The notes below the pieces were generated by a model. The model saw only the letters and a list, made by a program, of their open reading frames with translations. It was not told the origin of the DNA and ran no database searches. From Eledone cirrhosa (taxonomy: Eukaryota), in assembly GCA_964016885.1 (NCBI GenBank), contig OZ024762.1:3472001-3536000 (forward strand): a stretch of 64,000 nt of DNA, read 5' to 3'. Shown in pieces: positions 1-13,538 of this stretch (positions are counted from its first letter, which is position 1; each line of letters starts with the position of its first letter). A program made the position numbers and the translations under genes.

Positions 1-42
1 TACGATATTAACAAATGGAAACTATATTTATAAAACCATATC

Positions 43-107
43 TATTTTATTATACATATTTCAAGGATACCATGTTAAATTATGGTATGCTTTCATCAGA
101 CAAAATA
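43..107 (-). ncRNA. Minimal type I hammerhead ribozyme motif (Penelope-like element family A)
   Basis: Minus strand reads UAUUUUGU-CUGAUGA-AAGC-AUACCAU-(loop)-AUGGUAU-CCUU-GAAA-UAUGUA-UA-AUAAAAUA: complete catalytic core, 8-bp stem I, hairpin stem II. Confidence 0.75.
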
Positions 108-163
108 CAATATATACCAGTTTTATAAATAAATATTGACATACCCTTTAAATAGAACTTTTG

Positions 164-226
<63 letters not shown>

Positions 227-295
227 GTGTGTGTGTGTGTCCCGGGTTTAGTTGGGGGTAACCACAGTAAGGCACTCAATACATTAGTAGAGTGT

Positions 296-414
296 ATACA
301 ACAAATTTAACATAGAAATGGTTTCTACAAGACTAGAACTGTTTCATTCGAAGGAAATTATCTTCGAATGAAACAGTTCTAGTCTTGTAGAAACCATTTC
401 TATATTAAATTTGT

Positions 415-418
<4 letters not shown>
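296..418. repeat. Near-perfect ~120 bp palindrome (inverted duplication) next to (TA)n
   Basis: aatttaacatagaaatggtttctacaagactagaactgtttcattcgaag ... cttcgaatgaaacagttctagtcttgtagaaaccatttctatattaaatt; a related non-inverted copy with CTGATGA...GAAA lies at ~20605-20710. Confidence 0.85.
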
Positions 419-467
<49 letters not shown>

Positions 468-811
468 GGTAAACAGAAATAACAATACAATCGGTACAGT
501 ATATGGAAGGGATATATTAGGTTAACGTTTCGGACGCTAGTCCTTCATCAGAAGAACGAATGAGAAATAAGATAGATTGAGGGGACGGGCGGGCGGGATG
601 GAATTGGAAACAATGACTTTAGATAAAAATAACAGGTCCATTCATCTTTTGCAAAACTGTTGGTGCTGGCGTTTTGTGTATACAACAGTGTTATCTATCT
701 TAGTTGATACGGAGTAACTTCCTGGTGATAAGGAGATCCTAGCGACCACTACACGGCAGTAGTATATCCCAAGTAGGTGATACTGAGTGACGGAATATTC
801 ATTTTATCAAA

Positions 812-997
812 TAATTGTTTCTACTTTTGGCACAAGGCCAGCAATTATCCCAGTGCATTTCTGGTACTTTATTTTATCGACCCCGTAAGGATGAAAGGCA
901 AAGTTAACCTCGGCGGGATTTGAACTCAGACCATAAAGGACCGTAACTCTATGCTGCAAAGCATGGCGTCCGACACTACCGATACTGCCGATTCACA
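812..997 (-). mobile_element. tRNA-derived SINE family 1 (Nin/Deu-domain-like core)
   Basis: Minus strand has tRNA-like head (TGGCAGTATCGG...GAGTTCAAATCC) followed by GCCTTTCATCCTTACGGGGTCGATAAAATAAAGTACCAG. Other copies at ~2625-2815(+), 4970-5100(+), 7560-7747(-), 11740-11955(-), 12875-13050(-), 15275-15432(-), 28700-28972(-), 29190-29345(+), 54395-54500(-), 62105-62535(-, two copies), 63065-63270(-). Confidence 0.8.
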
Positions 998-1056
998 TCA
1001 AATAATGGTAGTTAAGACAGGATTAAATTAATTATGTCCTGCATAAACAAAAACTA

Positions 1057-1095
<39 letters not shown>

Positions 1096-1389
1096 AATAA
1101 TGATGAAAGACCCGTTACATCATTACTGACGGCTTAGTTACATTAACACTTTGATAAAACAATGTTTTTAAGAAAGGCCGCTGACGATGCTGAAAATCAG
1201 ATTATTAATCTCTAGAAGGAATAATTATTCTATTTTTATACATAATTAAATACACAGTTAATTACTATTATGCCTGTGTATCTTAACTGACTAATTAATT
1301 ATCTGGTCAGTTATTATGTCCGTATTTAATACCATATTGTAGAAACAGACGTGTTTCTTTACTGCAGTAATGGCCGCTGTCAAATTTTT

Positions 1390-1486
<97 letters not shown>

Positions 1487-1609
1487 CCTCTCTCTCTCTC
1501 TCTCTCGACTGGGACTGGCACTGGTCTAGGCTGGTCTGGATACCATTTCTCTGTCACCTGAAGTCTGGATGGCTGCAGGAACAAAGAAGAAACGGTTAGG
1601 CAATGTATA

Positions 1610-1713
1610 TACAGGGTATCCCAATATATATATAGACACACTTCAACAGCATTCTAATAAATATTGTTTGTACAGTTAATCAAAGTGTGTATACATTTTG
1701 GGGACATCTTGTA
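1610..1713. mobile_element. ~100 bp Tc1/mariner-like MITE (TA-flanked, TIR CAGGGTGTCCC...)
   Basis: tacagggtatccc ... ggggacatcttgta; better copies at ~21781-21873, 22118-22212, 22443-22542, 28594-28695, 30110-30203, usually within TA tracts. Confidence 0.75.
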
Positions 1714-1803
1714 TATACATACACGATAAAGATAATTGTGAAGTTGGGAGAAAATGTTTACCGTAAGTATATATATATACTTACGATAAATATGTATATG
1801 TAA

Positions 1804-1849
<46 letters not shown>

Positions 1850-1963
1850 TTATATATATATATATGTGTGTGTGTGTGTATGTGTTGGAGTTCACGAAAA
1901 ATAATTAAAATTGGCAATTAATAATATTTTGTCTAATTATATTGGACAAAAAATAACAAATTA

Positions 1964-2006
1964 GTCACTGAGGAGGTCACAGAATGTGTGACGAAACTGC
2001 TTTGAC
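1964..2006 (+). ncRNA. Hammerhead-like motif (second family)
   Basis: GUCA-CUGAGGA-G-GUCACA-GAAUG-UGUGAC-GAAA-CUGC-UU-UGAC: core, 6-bp stem II, 4-bp stem I. Confidence 0.55.
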
Positions 2007-2197
2007 AATAAACAAATAAAGAACCATCCGGTTATTAAGCTAACCGACCGCAGGGGCCGGCTGTCGATGAAACAACACCACGAGTCCGGCTGGCCCCTGT
2101 ATCAAGAAAAGAATATCTTTCTCGAAGAAATTATTGGATTTTTCCAAACTTAAAGGTTTTTTTTAGGAACTTTCAATGTTTTTATAGGTTTTGCCGT

Positions 2198-2302
2198 CTG
2201 AAGAGCTCAGGGTATCATAACTGATAGTCCTCAGTGAGATATATATAACGGTGTTTTAAATAAACCCGAATCAACTGAATATGGCCTCGGACCTTTTATT
2301 GA

Positions 2303-2351
<49 letters not shown>

Positions 2352-2620
2352 AAATTATATTTGTATATATATATATGTGTGTGTGTATATATATGTGTAT
2401 GTATAACTGATAAGGTTCAGAAAGCTGGTACAATATGGTAGAAATATATAAAGGGCAAAGGATGACCAATAAAAGGAAACAAAACAAAGCAATGTTTTAC
2501 CCAGTATATTTCAGGGCTATAGTCCTCTTTTCAAATGTAAAACGAAAACGGTTCAAAACAAAAGGAACGACCCTTGTTACATAACTGGTCTAAGTGTCTA
2601 AAATACGCATGCGTGGAGCC
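2198..2620 (+). repeat. Dispersed ~420 bp block duplicated at ~8706-9180, carrying degenerate hammerhead cores
   Basis: Near-identical sequence (ctgaagagctcagg...gcatgcgtggagccgtt) at both sites; CTGAAGA...GAGATATATATA-ACGGT on plus, degenerate core on minus near 2500-2540. Confidence 0.8.
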
Positions 2621-2983
2621 GTTATAGTAGCCAATCCACTTCGTGAATTTCCAATGTATTATCTATTGCACGATCTGAGTTCAAATCTCGCCGAGGTTGA
2701 CTTTATTATTATTATTTGTTAACTTTGCCTTTCATCCTTACGGGGTCGATAAAATAAAGTACCAGTAATGCACTGGGGTAATTGCTGGCCTTGTGCCTAA
2801 AGTAGAAACAATTATATATTGTACGATTTATTTTCTTGTTAATGATAATGACCTCTTTGATTCTGTCATCCTTTAAAACCTTTAGCGTATGGTCTTCAAA
2901 ATGTTTTTAATTAAGCATACGGTATATTGCCAAATATACTATACATACATTCATGTATACATCGCTATTTCAGAGCACCAATC

Positions 2984-3016
<33 letters not shown>

Positions 3017-3021
<5 letters not shown>

Positions 3022-3201
3022 TCGTTATTTATTTGTCTGTCCTGATATTTCGAGATAAAATCTCTTCTTCTGAGGATATTACAAGTGACCCATTAGGAAT
3101 CGGTAAGCAAGTGACTCATCCGGACGGGTTACTTGTTATATTCCTCTGAAGAAGAGATTTTATCTCGAAATATCAGGACAGACAAATAAATAACGAAACA
3201 T
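3017..3201. repeat. Inverted-duplication hairpin containing hammerhead-like motifs in both arms
   Basis: Arms tatgtttcgttatttatttgtctgtcctgatatttcgagataaaatctcttcttc / gaagaagagattttatctcgaaatatcaggacagacaaataaataacgaaacata; 3142-3178(+) reads UCCU-CUGAAGA-A-GAGAU-UUU-AUCUC-GAAA-UA-UC-AGGA. Confidence 0.75.
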
Positions 3202-3304
3202 AATATCTTGTTTCGTCTTATTCGTCCATTTAGCATTATCGTGGCCTTCAAACTTCACATTTTTCTATCCCATATACGATGCTTCACGCAAACTACAACC
3301 TTCT

Positions 3305-3405
<101 letters not shown>

Positions 3406-3469
3406 GTAAATATGAGCGAAGGCCATATGTACATAAATTTATGTGTGTTTGTGTGTGTGGGGGGGGGGG

Positions 3470-3735
3470 TATGTTCTATATATAAGATGCACTTGTATTT
3501 CTCTAATCTGGGGTGATGTAGAGAATTAGTAAAATTGTCGGACGATGGCTAAATAGATTTTTATGGGGTTTAAACTGGAGTAAGAAGGGAGGTTGTGGTG
3601 ATGTAGTTACAATGGGGATATGTAAGGTGGTCAGACATGAGGAGAGGTGTGGTGGTGTTCAGTCATAACAAACATCACCTCTTTGTTTTCCTCCAATCAC
3701 AGCTTGCCTCTGTATATGTGATCTCGTGTCCCGTA
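3470..3735 (+). repeat. ~265 bp block with an inverted near-identical copy at ~7135-7400
   Basis: Same peptide [33 protein letters not shown] appears in ORFs 3637(+) and 7231(-); DNA matches on opposite strands. Confidence 0.85.
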
Positions 3736-3856
3736 CGTCTATCTATCTATCTAACCTATCAATCTCTCTCTCTCTCTATCTCTCCCTCTCTTTCTCTCTC
3801 TCTCCCTCTCTCTCCCTCTCTCTCTCTCTCTCTCTCACGATATATATATATATATG

Positions 3857-3990
3857 AAGGCGTGTGGCTGAGTGGTTAGAGAATTGGATTCGCAATCATT
3901 AGGTTGTGAGTTCGATTCCTGGACCAGGCGATGCGTTATGTCCTTGAGCAAGACACTTTATTTCACGTTGCTCCTTCTACCTGGAGTTGC
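3857..3990 (+). mobile_element. tRNA-derived SINE family 2 (CCTTGAGCAAGACACTT core)
   Basis: A-box TGGCTGAGTGG, B-box GAGTTCGATTCC, then gtccttgagcaagacactttatttcacgttgctcc. Longer copies at ~9290-9541(-), 11020-11332(-), 14270-14520(+), 26053-26450(+). Confidence 0.8.
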
Positions 3991-4074
3991 GATCGATAGA
4001 TAGTATTAGCAATTGGAAAGACCAACGGAAACATTGTTTCCTCGGTCCGATTTGACGAAAGTCGATCGTTTAAG

Positions 4075-4144
<70 letters not shown>

Positions 4145-4290
4145 ATATCTTTCTCTCTCGGTATATGTGCCAACCCTAACATACGTCGTGAATCTTGGTC
4201 GAAAGAGTGCTATCGCGAACACAAGCGACCGAAATGGGGTTCCTCCGAAGGGTGTTTGGGGTAACATTACTCGGTAGAGTGCGTAGCTGA

Positions 4291-4567
4291 GAGATCTGAG
4301 GGTCACTCCAGGTAGAGCCTCTACTTCTCTGAATTGAGAGATCACAGCTCAGATACTACGGGATGTGGTTAGAATGTCTCAGGAGATCAGAGAGTCACTC
4401 CAGGTAGAGCCTCTACTACTCTGAATTGAGAGATCACAGCTCTGATACTACGGGATGGGGTTAGAATGTCTCAGGAGAGCAGAGAGTCACTCCAGGTAGA
4501 GCCTCTACTACTCTGAATTGAGAGATCACAGCTCAGATACTACGGGATGTGGTTAGAATGTCTCAGG
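4291..4567. repeat. Tandem repeat, 92-bp unit x3
   Basis: gtcactccaggtagagcctctac recurs at 4302, 4394, 4486. Confidence 0.9.
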
Positions 4568-5231
4568 ACAGAATTGTTGGAGAGATTTTACTGGCAAAAC
4601 CAAAGTCTCTCGTTGAAAATATAGAGTTAATATAAAGGATGGTTTGGTCATGTGCAGAGATGCTATGAAATAGGGTAAAGACCCTTAAAAGACAGAAAAA
4701 GAAGTTGCTATCAGCCGCCACGAGGAATTGAGCCCCATATCTCCCAGAGAGTATGGGGTTCAGTTACTCATAGCAACCGATTGCCCTCTTTTTTTTTCCT
4801 ATTTTAAAAACTATTTTATAGCATCTCTGCGCTTGAGCATATCATCCTTTACATCAGAGGTTCTCAAATATTTTAGCCACCCCCACCCCTCACGGCCACG
4901 CGATACTCTCAGCACCCCTAACCCTAATTCTGCCTCCGTCTCTCCCTCTCCCAATCTCTCATTATTATGAGAGGCTAGCTTTGCTTTCATCCTTATCGGG
5001 TCGATGAAATAAAGTACCAGTAATAACTTTGGTCGATTTAATCGACTTTCCCCTCCCCCAAAAATTGTTGGCTGTGTGCCTAAATCAGAAACAATTATTA
5101 TAAGCAAATGGAGGCCCACGAACTGGCCGACCCGCGGCCCCGGCGGTCAGAATAGAGAAGGCGTTTTCCCGGAGGATGGTGACGGAGATGCACTGAAAGA
5201 GCCATTCCAGCTCGCAAGGCTCACACCTATG

Positions 5232-5468
5232 GGTAGCCAATTCTGTGCCGATGGTGGTGAGTAGGGAGGTAGTCCTAGGGCCAAGGACACCAGAAGTCTC
5301 CACTGCTACAGGTAGCCAACTCTGTGCCAATGGTGGTGAGTAGGGAGGTAGTCCTAGGGCCAAGGACACCAGAAGTCTCCACTGCCACAGGTAGCCAACT
5401 TTGTGCCAATGGTGGTGAGTAGGGAGGTGGTCCTAGGGCCAAGGACACCAGAAGTCTCCTCTGCCACT
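5232..5468. repeat. Tandem repeat, 79-bp unit x3
   Basis: ggtagccaa...gtcctagggccaaggacaccagaagtctcc recurs at 5232, 5311, 5390. Confidence 0.9.
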
Positions 5469-5559
5469 GGCTTGACCGCAAACCTGTCAGAGAGCAACCA
5501 ATATTTGGAAAGTTTACCTTCCTTGGGTCGAAGTTCAACACGAGACTGGGTTAGTCACA

Positions 5560-5692
5560 GGCTGCACCAGGTGGCCTCTGGAGAATGTGTTACTACATGT
5601 ACAGTCAGAGGCTGCACCAGGTGGCCTCTGGAGAATGTGTTACTACATGTACAGTCAGAGGCTGCACCAGGTGGGCTCTGGAGAATGTGTTT
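5560..5692. repeat. Tandem repeat, 50-bp unit x2.6
   Basis: ggctgcaccaggtggcctctggagaatgtgtt at 5560, 5610, 5660. Confidence 0.9.
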
Positions 5693-5923
5693 GAAACTAG
5701 AGAAACAGAAAGACAGCCACTCCAAATTAAGCTGAATCTAATTAAGGTACATAATTGTCATTAATCCCATGCCAGGTAATCTCTTTACCTGTCGCTCTGT
5801 CTGTCAGTCTGTCAGTTAATCCGTTCACCTCTCAATATGTCTGCCTGTCTATCTGTCAGTCAGTCAGCCTGTCTGTCTGTCTCTCTATCTATCTATCTAT
5901 CTATTTATCTATCTGTCTGTCTC

Positions 5924-6019
<96 letters not shown>

Positions 6020-6269
6020 CCTGTCTACCTCTGTTTCTCTCTTAAAGTCTTCACCTTAAAACCATAATGAATGATTTACCTGAAAATGTGTACTTGGTTC
6101 CGTAGCTTATGTTAACACACACACACATACACACACACGCTCACTCACACACAACACAACACACACACTTACACACACATACACACACTCACTCACTCAC
6201 ACAACACAACACACACACTCACACTCATATGAGGAAACCAATCTCTCCCTCTCATATATATATGCAAAA

Positions 6270-6336
<67 letters not shown>

Positions 6337-6340
<4 letters not shown>

Positions 6341-6462
6341 AACCAGTAAGACCCCGACAGCTGAGCTCAAGCCGTTTCGACGGCTAATTCTGAACCGGAA
6401 TTGGTCCAGAATTAGCCGTCGAAACGGCTTGAGCTCAGCTGTCGGGGTCTTACTGGTTCCTA
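6337..6462. repeat. Perfect ~126 bp palindrome abutting (TA)n
   Basis: taggaaccagtaagaccccgacagctgagctcaagccgtttcgacggctaattctg ... cagaattagccgtcgaaacggcttgagctcagctgtcggggtcttactggttccta. Confidence 0.9.
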
Positions 6463-6539
6463 TTACCCACTCTACTACCACAAGTATTGAGTACTTTGGT
6501 GCGTTATGGTCCACCTGGTTCCTTACCCCATTTCCTTCG

Positions 6540-6581
<42 letters not shown>

Positions 6582-6776
6582 ACAGGGAGAAAGAGACGAT
6601 TATGAGGAAGAAAAATATATTTTTTCCCTTTTTTGTGTCTCTCTCTTTTTTCTGGATTAGAAAATGATTAAAACGAAATGTTTTACTTTGTGTGAAGTGT
6701 TAATGTCTCTTTCTCCCTGTTTTCATATATATATGTATATATATCCTAACCCGTGTACCTCCTCTCCACATTTTAT

Positions 6777-6975
<199 letters not shown>

Positions 6976-6979
6976 TATG

Positions 6980-7053
<74 letters not shown>

Positions 7054-7526
7054 CTCTTGCACAAACATATACATATACATGCACGTATGTATATATATTT
7101 ATATATATACATATATACACACAAGCACAACTTACGGGACACGAGATCACATATACAGAGGCAAGCTGTGATTGGAGGAAAACAAAGAGGTGATGTTTGT
7201 TATGACTGAACACCACCACACCTCTCCTCATGTCTGACCACCTTACATATCCCCATTGTAACTACATCACCACAACCTCCCTTCTTACTCCAGTTTAAAC
7301 CCCATAAAAATCTGTTTAGCCATCGTCCGACAATTTTACTAATTCTCTACATCACCCCAGATTAGAGAAATACAAGTGCATCTTATATATAGAACATACC
7401 CCCACACATGTATATATATGTACACACACTCAAACACACACACACACATATGTGTGTGTGTATATATGCACCCATATATACGCATAGACATATGAACGTA
7501 TGCATATACACACACACACACATGCT

Positions 7527-7565
<39 letters not shown>

Positions 7566-7748
7566 GTTTCTACTATTGGCACAAGGCCAGCAATTACCCA
7601 GTGCATTACTGGTACTTTATTTTATCGAGCCCCGTAAGGATGAAAGGCAAAGTCAACCTCGGCGGGATTTGAACTCAGATCGTAAAGGGACGTAACTATG
7701 CTGGAAGGCATGGCGTCCGACCCTCTACCGATACTGCCAATCCGCTAC

Positions 7749-8705
7749 AATAATAATAATAATGCTTTCTTTATTAACCACAAGGGTTTACATAAAGTAG
7801 ACATTAAGGACAGTACAGGTCAATACAGGACGGTACAAATGGGCATTTCTGCGTGTAAAAAAACAAAAAACGGAGGATGTAACAAAAAAAGAAACAACGA
7901 AAAATTCCCCAATAGGGGGGGAGACTTCCGAGGGACATTCGTGGAGAAAGCCCATTAAAAAAAAGCCACGGTGACCCTGACCACCAGGGCAAGTGCCCTC
8001 TCCCAGTTTTCCACCTTCAATTTACAGGCACATACTCAGAGTAGGTCCATTCACACGGGCCATTCTTGCCTCTCTCACACATCTTTCAACAAAATGCTGG
8101 GAAGAGAGCACTTCCCTCTCTACCCTGATTTTCCTTTTTAAATGAAATTTGAAAAAGTTAATCAGGGCATCACTGAAGAGGTAAGTGCTCGTCTTCAGCC
8201 CTTTCAAACGCGTCCACCATACTATCTCTTTCGCCATGGCCACCAGACAGATAACAATTACCTGCCCTTCCCGGCTAAAGGAAGAGGGCGGGGCAATCCT
8301 CACGATGGACTCAGCTGATAGCTAGATCTGTCCTACACGCGACAGCAGGTGTTCGACATAAAACCACAAGTCAGCAATGCTCGGACACTGGACGAGTGCG
8401 TGCAGGACGGTTTCGTCGCCCTGCGCGCATCTCGGACATGCCCGGCTGACGGCACCTCCATGCCTGTAGAGTTTATCCCGAACTGGCAAACCTCCTCGGT
8501 AGCACTGCCGGGCCAGGAATTTCTGGAAGTTGTCCATAGGCCCCGGCCCGAAAGTTCTTCCGAAGAGATTGGCTAGTTGATTTTCGTCGACCCCTAGAGT
8601 TTCCCCAAGTACGTCGTCGCTCTTCCCCTCCACTAATCCTCTATAGAACGCCAAGGTGGAGTTTCCACCGATCACATTGCCCGATTGGTCGAGGGCTGTG
8701 AGCGC
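7749..8705 (-). mobile_element. 3' end of a Tx1/L1-clade LINE (degenerate ORF2 C-terminus, 3' UTR, tail)
   Basis: ORF 8322-8675(-) contains LPVRDKL...ACPRCAQGDETVLHALVQC (CCHC zinc finger typical of L1/Tx1 ORF2); continuation in 8022-8303 after a stop; AATAAA plus (ATT)n tail on minus strand at ~7749-7775. Confidence 0.8.
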
Positions 8706-8829
8706 CTGAAGAGCTCAGGCTATCATAACTGATAGTCCTCAGTGAGATATATATAACGGTGTTTTAAATAAACCTGAATCAACTGAATATGGCCTCGGAC
8801 CTTTTATTGATATATATATATATACACTC

Positions 8830-8885
<56 letters not shown>

Positions 8886-9538
8886 AAATTATATTTGTAT
8901 ATATATATATATATATATATGTATATGTGTGTGTGTATATATATATGTGTATGTATAACTGATAAGGTTCAGAAAGCTGGTACAATGTGGTAGAAATATA
9001 TAAAGGGCAAAGGATGACCAATAAAAGAAAACAAAACAAAGCAATGTTTTACCCAGTATATTTCAGGGCTATAGTCCTCTTTTCAAATATAAAACGAAAA
9101 CGGTTCAAAACAAAAAGAACGACCCTTTTTACATAACTGGTCTAAGTGTCTAAAATACGCATGCGTGGAGCCGTTGTAGTTGCTGTTGTTGTTATTGTTA
9201 TTTTTAGTTTCAGTTGAGGTGGTGGTGGTGTCAGTGGAAGAGTCGATTCTGGGTGAATCCATTTCGATGACACGAGATAATAATTTATCTCCCTTCCTAA
9301 CACCAACCTCATTTACAGTGAGTGCTGGGTGCTTTTTTTGCCGTGGCACCTCCACGACCACTTTGCAGTGGAATGATAGGAACCCCAGTCCCTATCATCT
9401 CATTTCTACAGCTGAGTAAACTGGAGCAATGTGGAATAAAGTGTCTTGCTCAAGGAAACAACACATCATCCGGTCTGAGAATTGAACTCACAACCTTTCG
9501 ATTGCAAGGCCAATGCTCTAACCACTAAGCCATGTGCC

Positions 9539-9591
<53 letters not shown>

Positions 9592-9797
9592 ACACACAAA
9601 TAAATTATCGAGAATCGGAATCTCGGCCCACGAAATAACGAAACACAATCTTCGAAATGCGTGGCAAATGGCTCAATAGTTTGGATAAACCAGAGCTATA
9701 ACTAACCTTTAAATACCAACACATAGAGACAATGCTTAAAATCATTCGCACAGCCGAAAAAACGACCAGGAAAATTCGGGTCATACAAATAATAAAT

Positions 9798-9835
<38 letters not shown>

Positions 9836-10329
9836 GAACAGCTCGATTCCTTTCTTTTGTCCAGTCTTTCCAACCTGCCCTCCCCACCTCTGTCTCGTCA
9901 GTCCTATTTCTTGACATCTCTCTGTCTATTGACCCCACTCACCACCTCCATCTTCTATAATCTCACTGATTCCCACTCCTACCTGCTCCCACCCACACCA
10001 AACTCTCCCAACCCTAATCCCAATTCCTCCGTCTTCCATTTCCAGACCCAGTCCCAAAACATGGCCTCCATCCAGGATATTCAGCGCCAGCCTGATCCAA
10101 ACTACCCCACCACCCCCTTCTCCCCTAGCTTGACACTCCTCACCATCGCTCTTCCACTCATGTTGCACTCCTCCCCTGCTGTTGTCACCCACCCACCCTC
10201 CATCCTGCCCCTACTTTCGTCAGCGATTCAATGGTAAAAATTCCATTGAACTGAAAAGAAGAAATTTGATTCTCAAAGTTGCCTCCCTTCTACTGCATAG
10301 ATATATTGTCACTACGCAGTTATTTAGTT

Positions 10330-10500
10330 CTCGTATATATTACTATTACACATCCATGGAGCATGCATGCTTCGTTCCTTTCCAGTCTACGCAGGTCCTC
10401 TGCACGTAATGCCCATGTCTCACTGCCATGTAGCATTGCTGCTTGTATACAGGCATCATACAATCTGCCTTTCATTTTTAGAGAGAAACCTTTTGTGGCC
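10330..10500 (-). mobile_element. RTE-clade LINE fragment
   Basis: KGRLYDACIQAAMLHGSETWALRAEDLRRLERNEACML matches the post-RT 'YGSETW' region of RTE ORF2. Confidence 0.75.
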
Positions 10501-11979
10501 AATATATATATATATAAAATATTAAAAAAATAATGAATAAAACAATGAAACATTTCCTTATATTAAACTATATATATATAATAGAAAATATAGATACATG
10601 GGACAACCCGTCTAACCCATGCTAGTGTGGAAAATGGACGTTAAACGATGATGAAGATGATGATGATATATATCACAAAATTGTAGGAATCTCAGTCGTG
10701 GAAAAAGCTGTGAAAAACACCCAGCTGCTATTAAACATTGTAAAAGTTGGGTTAAAATATAACCTCATGAGATTAGAAGAACAATCAGAGAAGAGGGAGA
10801 AAAGGAGGGAGTGAAAGAAAGAGAGTCTAAAGCATATGATGAGAAGTGAGAGAAGTGTAGAGAGAGAGAAGAAGAAAAGAAAGCCGGAATGAGCTCAATG
10901 GAGCAGATTTTTTTTTTCCTAGGAAAATTACAAAAGAGGAAAAAGAAACAGTGGAGAAGGATGAAAAACATAAATATAAATGTATGTATGTATAGTATAT
11001 TTGATAATATAATGTATCATCATCATCATTTCATTTTACGTCCGCTTTACCCTGCTTGCAAGGGTGGGACGGGAACTGATTCTACAGCTGGATGCCCTTC
11101 CTAACACCAACCTCATTTACAGTGAGTGCTGGGTGCTTTTTTTCCGTGTCACCTCCACGACCATTTTGCAGTGGAATGATAGGGACCCCAGTCCCTATCA
11201 TCTCATTTCTACAGCTGAGTAAACTGGAGCAATGTGAAATAAAGTGTCTTGCTCAAGGAAACACACATCACCCAGTCTGAGAATTGAACTCACAACCTTT
11301 CGATTGCAAGACCACTAAGCCATGTGCCTCCAATGTATGTTTAATTAAAAACATTTTAAAGACCATTTGCTATGAATTTTAATGTAGTGACTATGTCTCT
11401 TACCTATTCTCGACAAAAACAAAGGGGAGTAATCGACAGTCCTGTTTCTCGCTCATTAGCGGTTATATAGACTACTCACCCCTTTGCTTCTGCCAAGAAT
11501 TATAGAAGCTGGATTCTTATAGAATTCCAGTAATGTTTAAGAGCTGATTAAACAGAGCAGTTGCCAGTCCAGCAAAAAATTTAGAACACCAATACTAATA
11601 CATAAATATAAATATTTTATTAATGTTACTCAACACAGTTGCTCGTTACCTATGGTTTCAAAGCCTACCCCTACACTGAGACATGATCTTTGCTAGGTAT
11701 TGCTTACCGCTTTTTTTCCCTGCCTGTACAATAGCGGGTTCTGATTTAGGCACAAGGCCAAGAATTTTGGGGGAAAGGGAGAGTCGATTAAATTGACCCT
11801 AGTACATTACTGGTACTTTATTTTATTGACCCTGTAAGGATGAAAAGCAAAAGAAATCTCAGCGGGATTTTGAATTCAGAGCGTAAAGGGCCACAACTCT
11901 ACGCCGTTAAGCATGTTGTCCGACACTCTACCAATTCTGCCAATCCCCCGCCCTTACCTGTTCAGTAACATCAAGAATT

Positions 11980-12405
11980 TCAACCAATGAGTGTCACCCA
12001 TAAACTATTTACAAACCAATCTAACAGATGTTGTGGTACCTGAATGTCTCTAGAAATCTGAAGCCGCAATCTTTGAAAAGCTGCCTGTAAATTGTTCTGA
12101 CTAAGTCTTTCTGTCAGCAAGATATTCTGAGTCAAAGCTGCTAGACTGGAGTGTGTTTCATCTAAGGGAGATAACTGGATGTCTAACACGTTAATACAAC
12201 CATCTTGAATTTTGCAGTGAATCTTCAAAGAAGTCTCACGAGAGTTGAGGTAGCAGGGGCTGATGAAATGTCGATCTAAGGTAAACGCTGGGGTCTTCCC
12301 AAATATCCACTTCCAGTCTGTACGACTCTCAAAGATTTTATCGAAACCAGGGAAATGGTTGCTGTTGGTGAGGTCGAAGGGGCTGATGAAGTCTATGGAT
12401 GTTGG
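11980..12405 (-). CDS. LIPT1: Lipoyltransferase 1, last coding exon
   Basis: Acceptor ttctttcttctccag at 12406; PTSIDFISPFDLTNSNHFPGFDKIFESRTDWKWIFGKTPAF (W.W.FGKTP motif of LplA/LIPT1) continuing to stop at 11980; phase 0. Confidence 0.92.
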   Translation of the reverse strand, partial: PTSIDFISPFDLTNSNHFPGFDKIFESRTDWKWIFGKTPAFTLDRHFISPCYLNSRETSLKIHCKIQDGCINVLDIQLSPLDETHSSLAALTQNILLTERLSQNNLQAAFQRLRLQISRDIQVPQHLLDWFVNSLWVTLIG

Positions 12406-12474
12406 CTGGAGAAGAAAGAAAGAATAGAAAAGAAAACATAATCAGTGTTGTTAACATGACCACCACCACGGCTA

Positions 12475-12527
<53 letters not shown>

Positions 12528-13400
12528 CACAAACCCTCCATCTCAATTCTGCTTTTGAAAAGCATAAGAACTGTGAAACTCGTATATATCAGGCCTGTCA
12601 ACTTTGGGGTGGGTGAGAGATGTCATCTCTTGTGAAAATGGATATAGCTTTCATTATGTAAAATCTCCCCATTTTAGGGCATTTTTTTCAAGTCCCATTT
12701 GGGTTTTTAGAGGTTGGTAGGTCTGTATCTATCTATCTCTCTGGTTTAGAAAGAAAGTAAAAGAAAACATTTCCAGTGTCACTGCTATCACTACCACAAC
12801 TGATCTCTCCCTCTCTCATACACACACACCCTTACTGTCCCTTTTCCAGCTTGATTGATCATTTTTTAAAATTTTAGGCCAGCAATTTTGGGAGAAGGGA
12901 AAGTCGATTAAATCAACCCCAGTGCATTACTGGTACTTTATTTTATCAACCCTGTAAGGATGAAAGGCAGAGCTAACCTTGACGGGATTTGAACACAGAA
13001 CATAAGCCGAATAAATAACACTAAGCATTTGTACAACATTCTACCAATGGTGTCTTTCCACCAGTTTATCATCATTATCGTCATTATTTTATGTTTGCTT
13101 TACATGCTGGGATAGGTTGGATGGGTGATCACAATCTAAGCCTAAACGACTCAAAGAAACACGTCATGCTCAAACATTTTATATTTTAACCTTTAACATG
13201 CTGAATTTTTATATGAATTGCTTCCCTTAACATTGTATTATATATTAAGGGGAGATCACACTATTGGTGACATAAGGCACCTAGAGCACGCTGAAGGTTA
13301 ACATGGGTTCTAGAGACATGTCTAGCTCAAAGTTTATATACCTTGTCATGGTTTCCACCTTATACAACTCATTGATAGATACAGGTGTACATAAACTTAC

Positions 13401-13538
13401 CTGTGAGTCGTGATTCAAACGAAGAAACTCCTGAGCAACACACTGTACGACATTATCAAATGTCAACTGAGGCTCGACATCAACAAGGTTCACAACAGAT
13501 GAAGGGATGCTGGCAGTGGCACGACTCCTCACACCAAG
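13401..13538 (-). CDS. LIPT1: Lipoyltransferase 1, coding exon 3
   Basis: gtccag|LGVRSRATASIPSSVVNLVDVEPQLTFDNVVQCVAQEFLRLNHDSQ|gtaagt; SxATxSxPSxVxNL motif; 138 nt, phase 0. Confidence 0.93.

Noticed and set aside
9850-10210. Possible Penelope ORF fragment in a C-rich stretch
   Set aside because: No recognisable RT or GIY-YIG motif by eye; needs a profile search.
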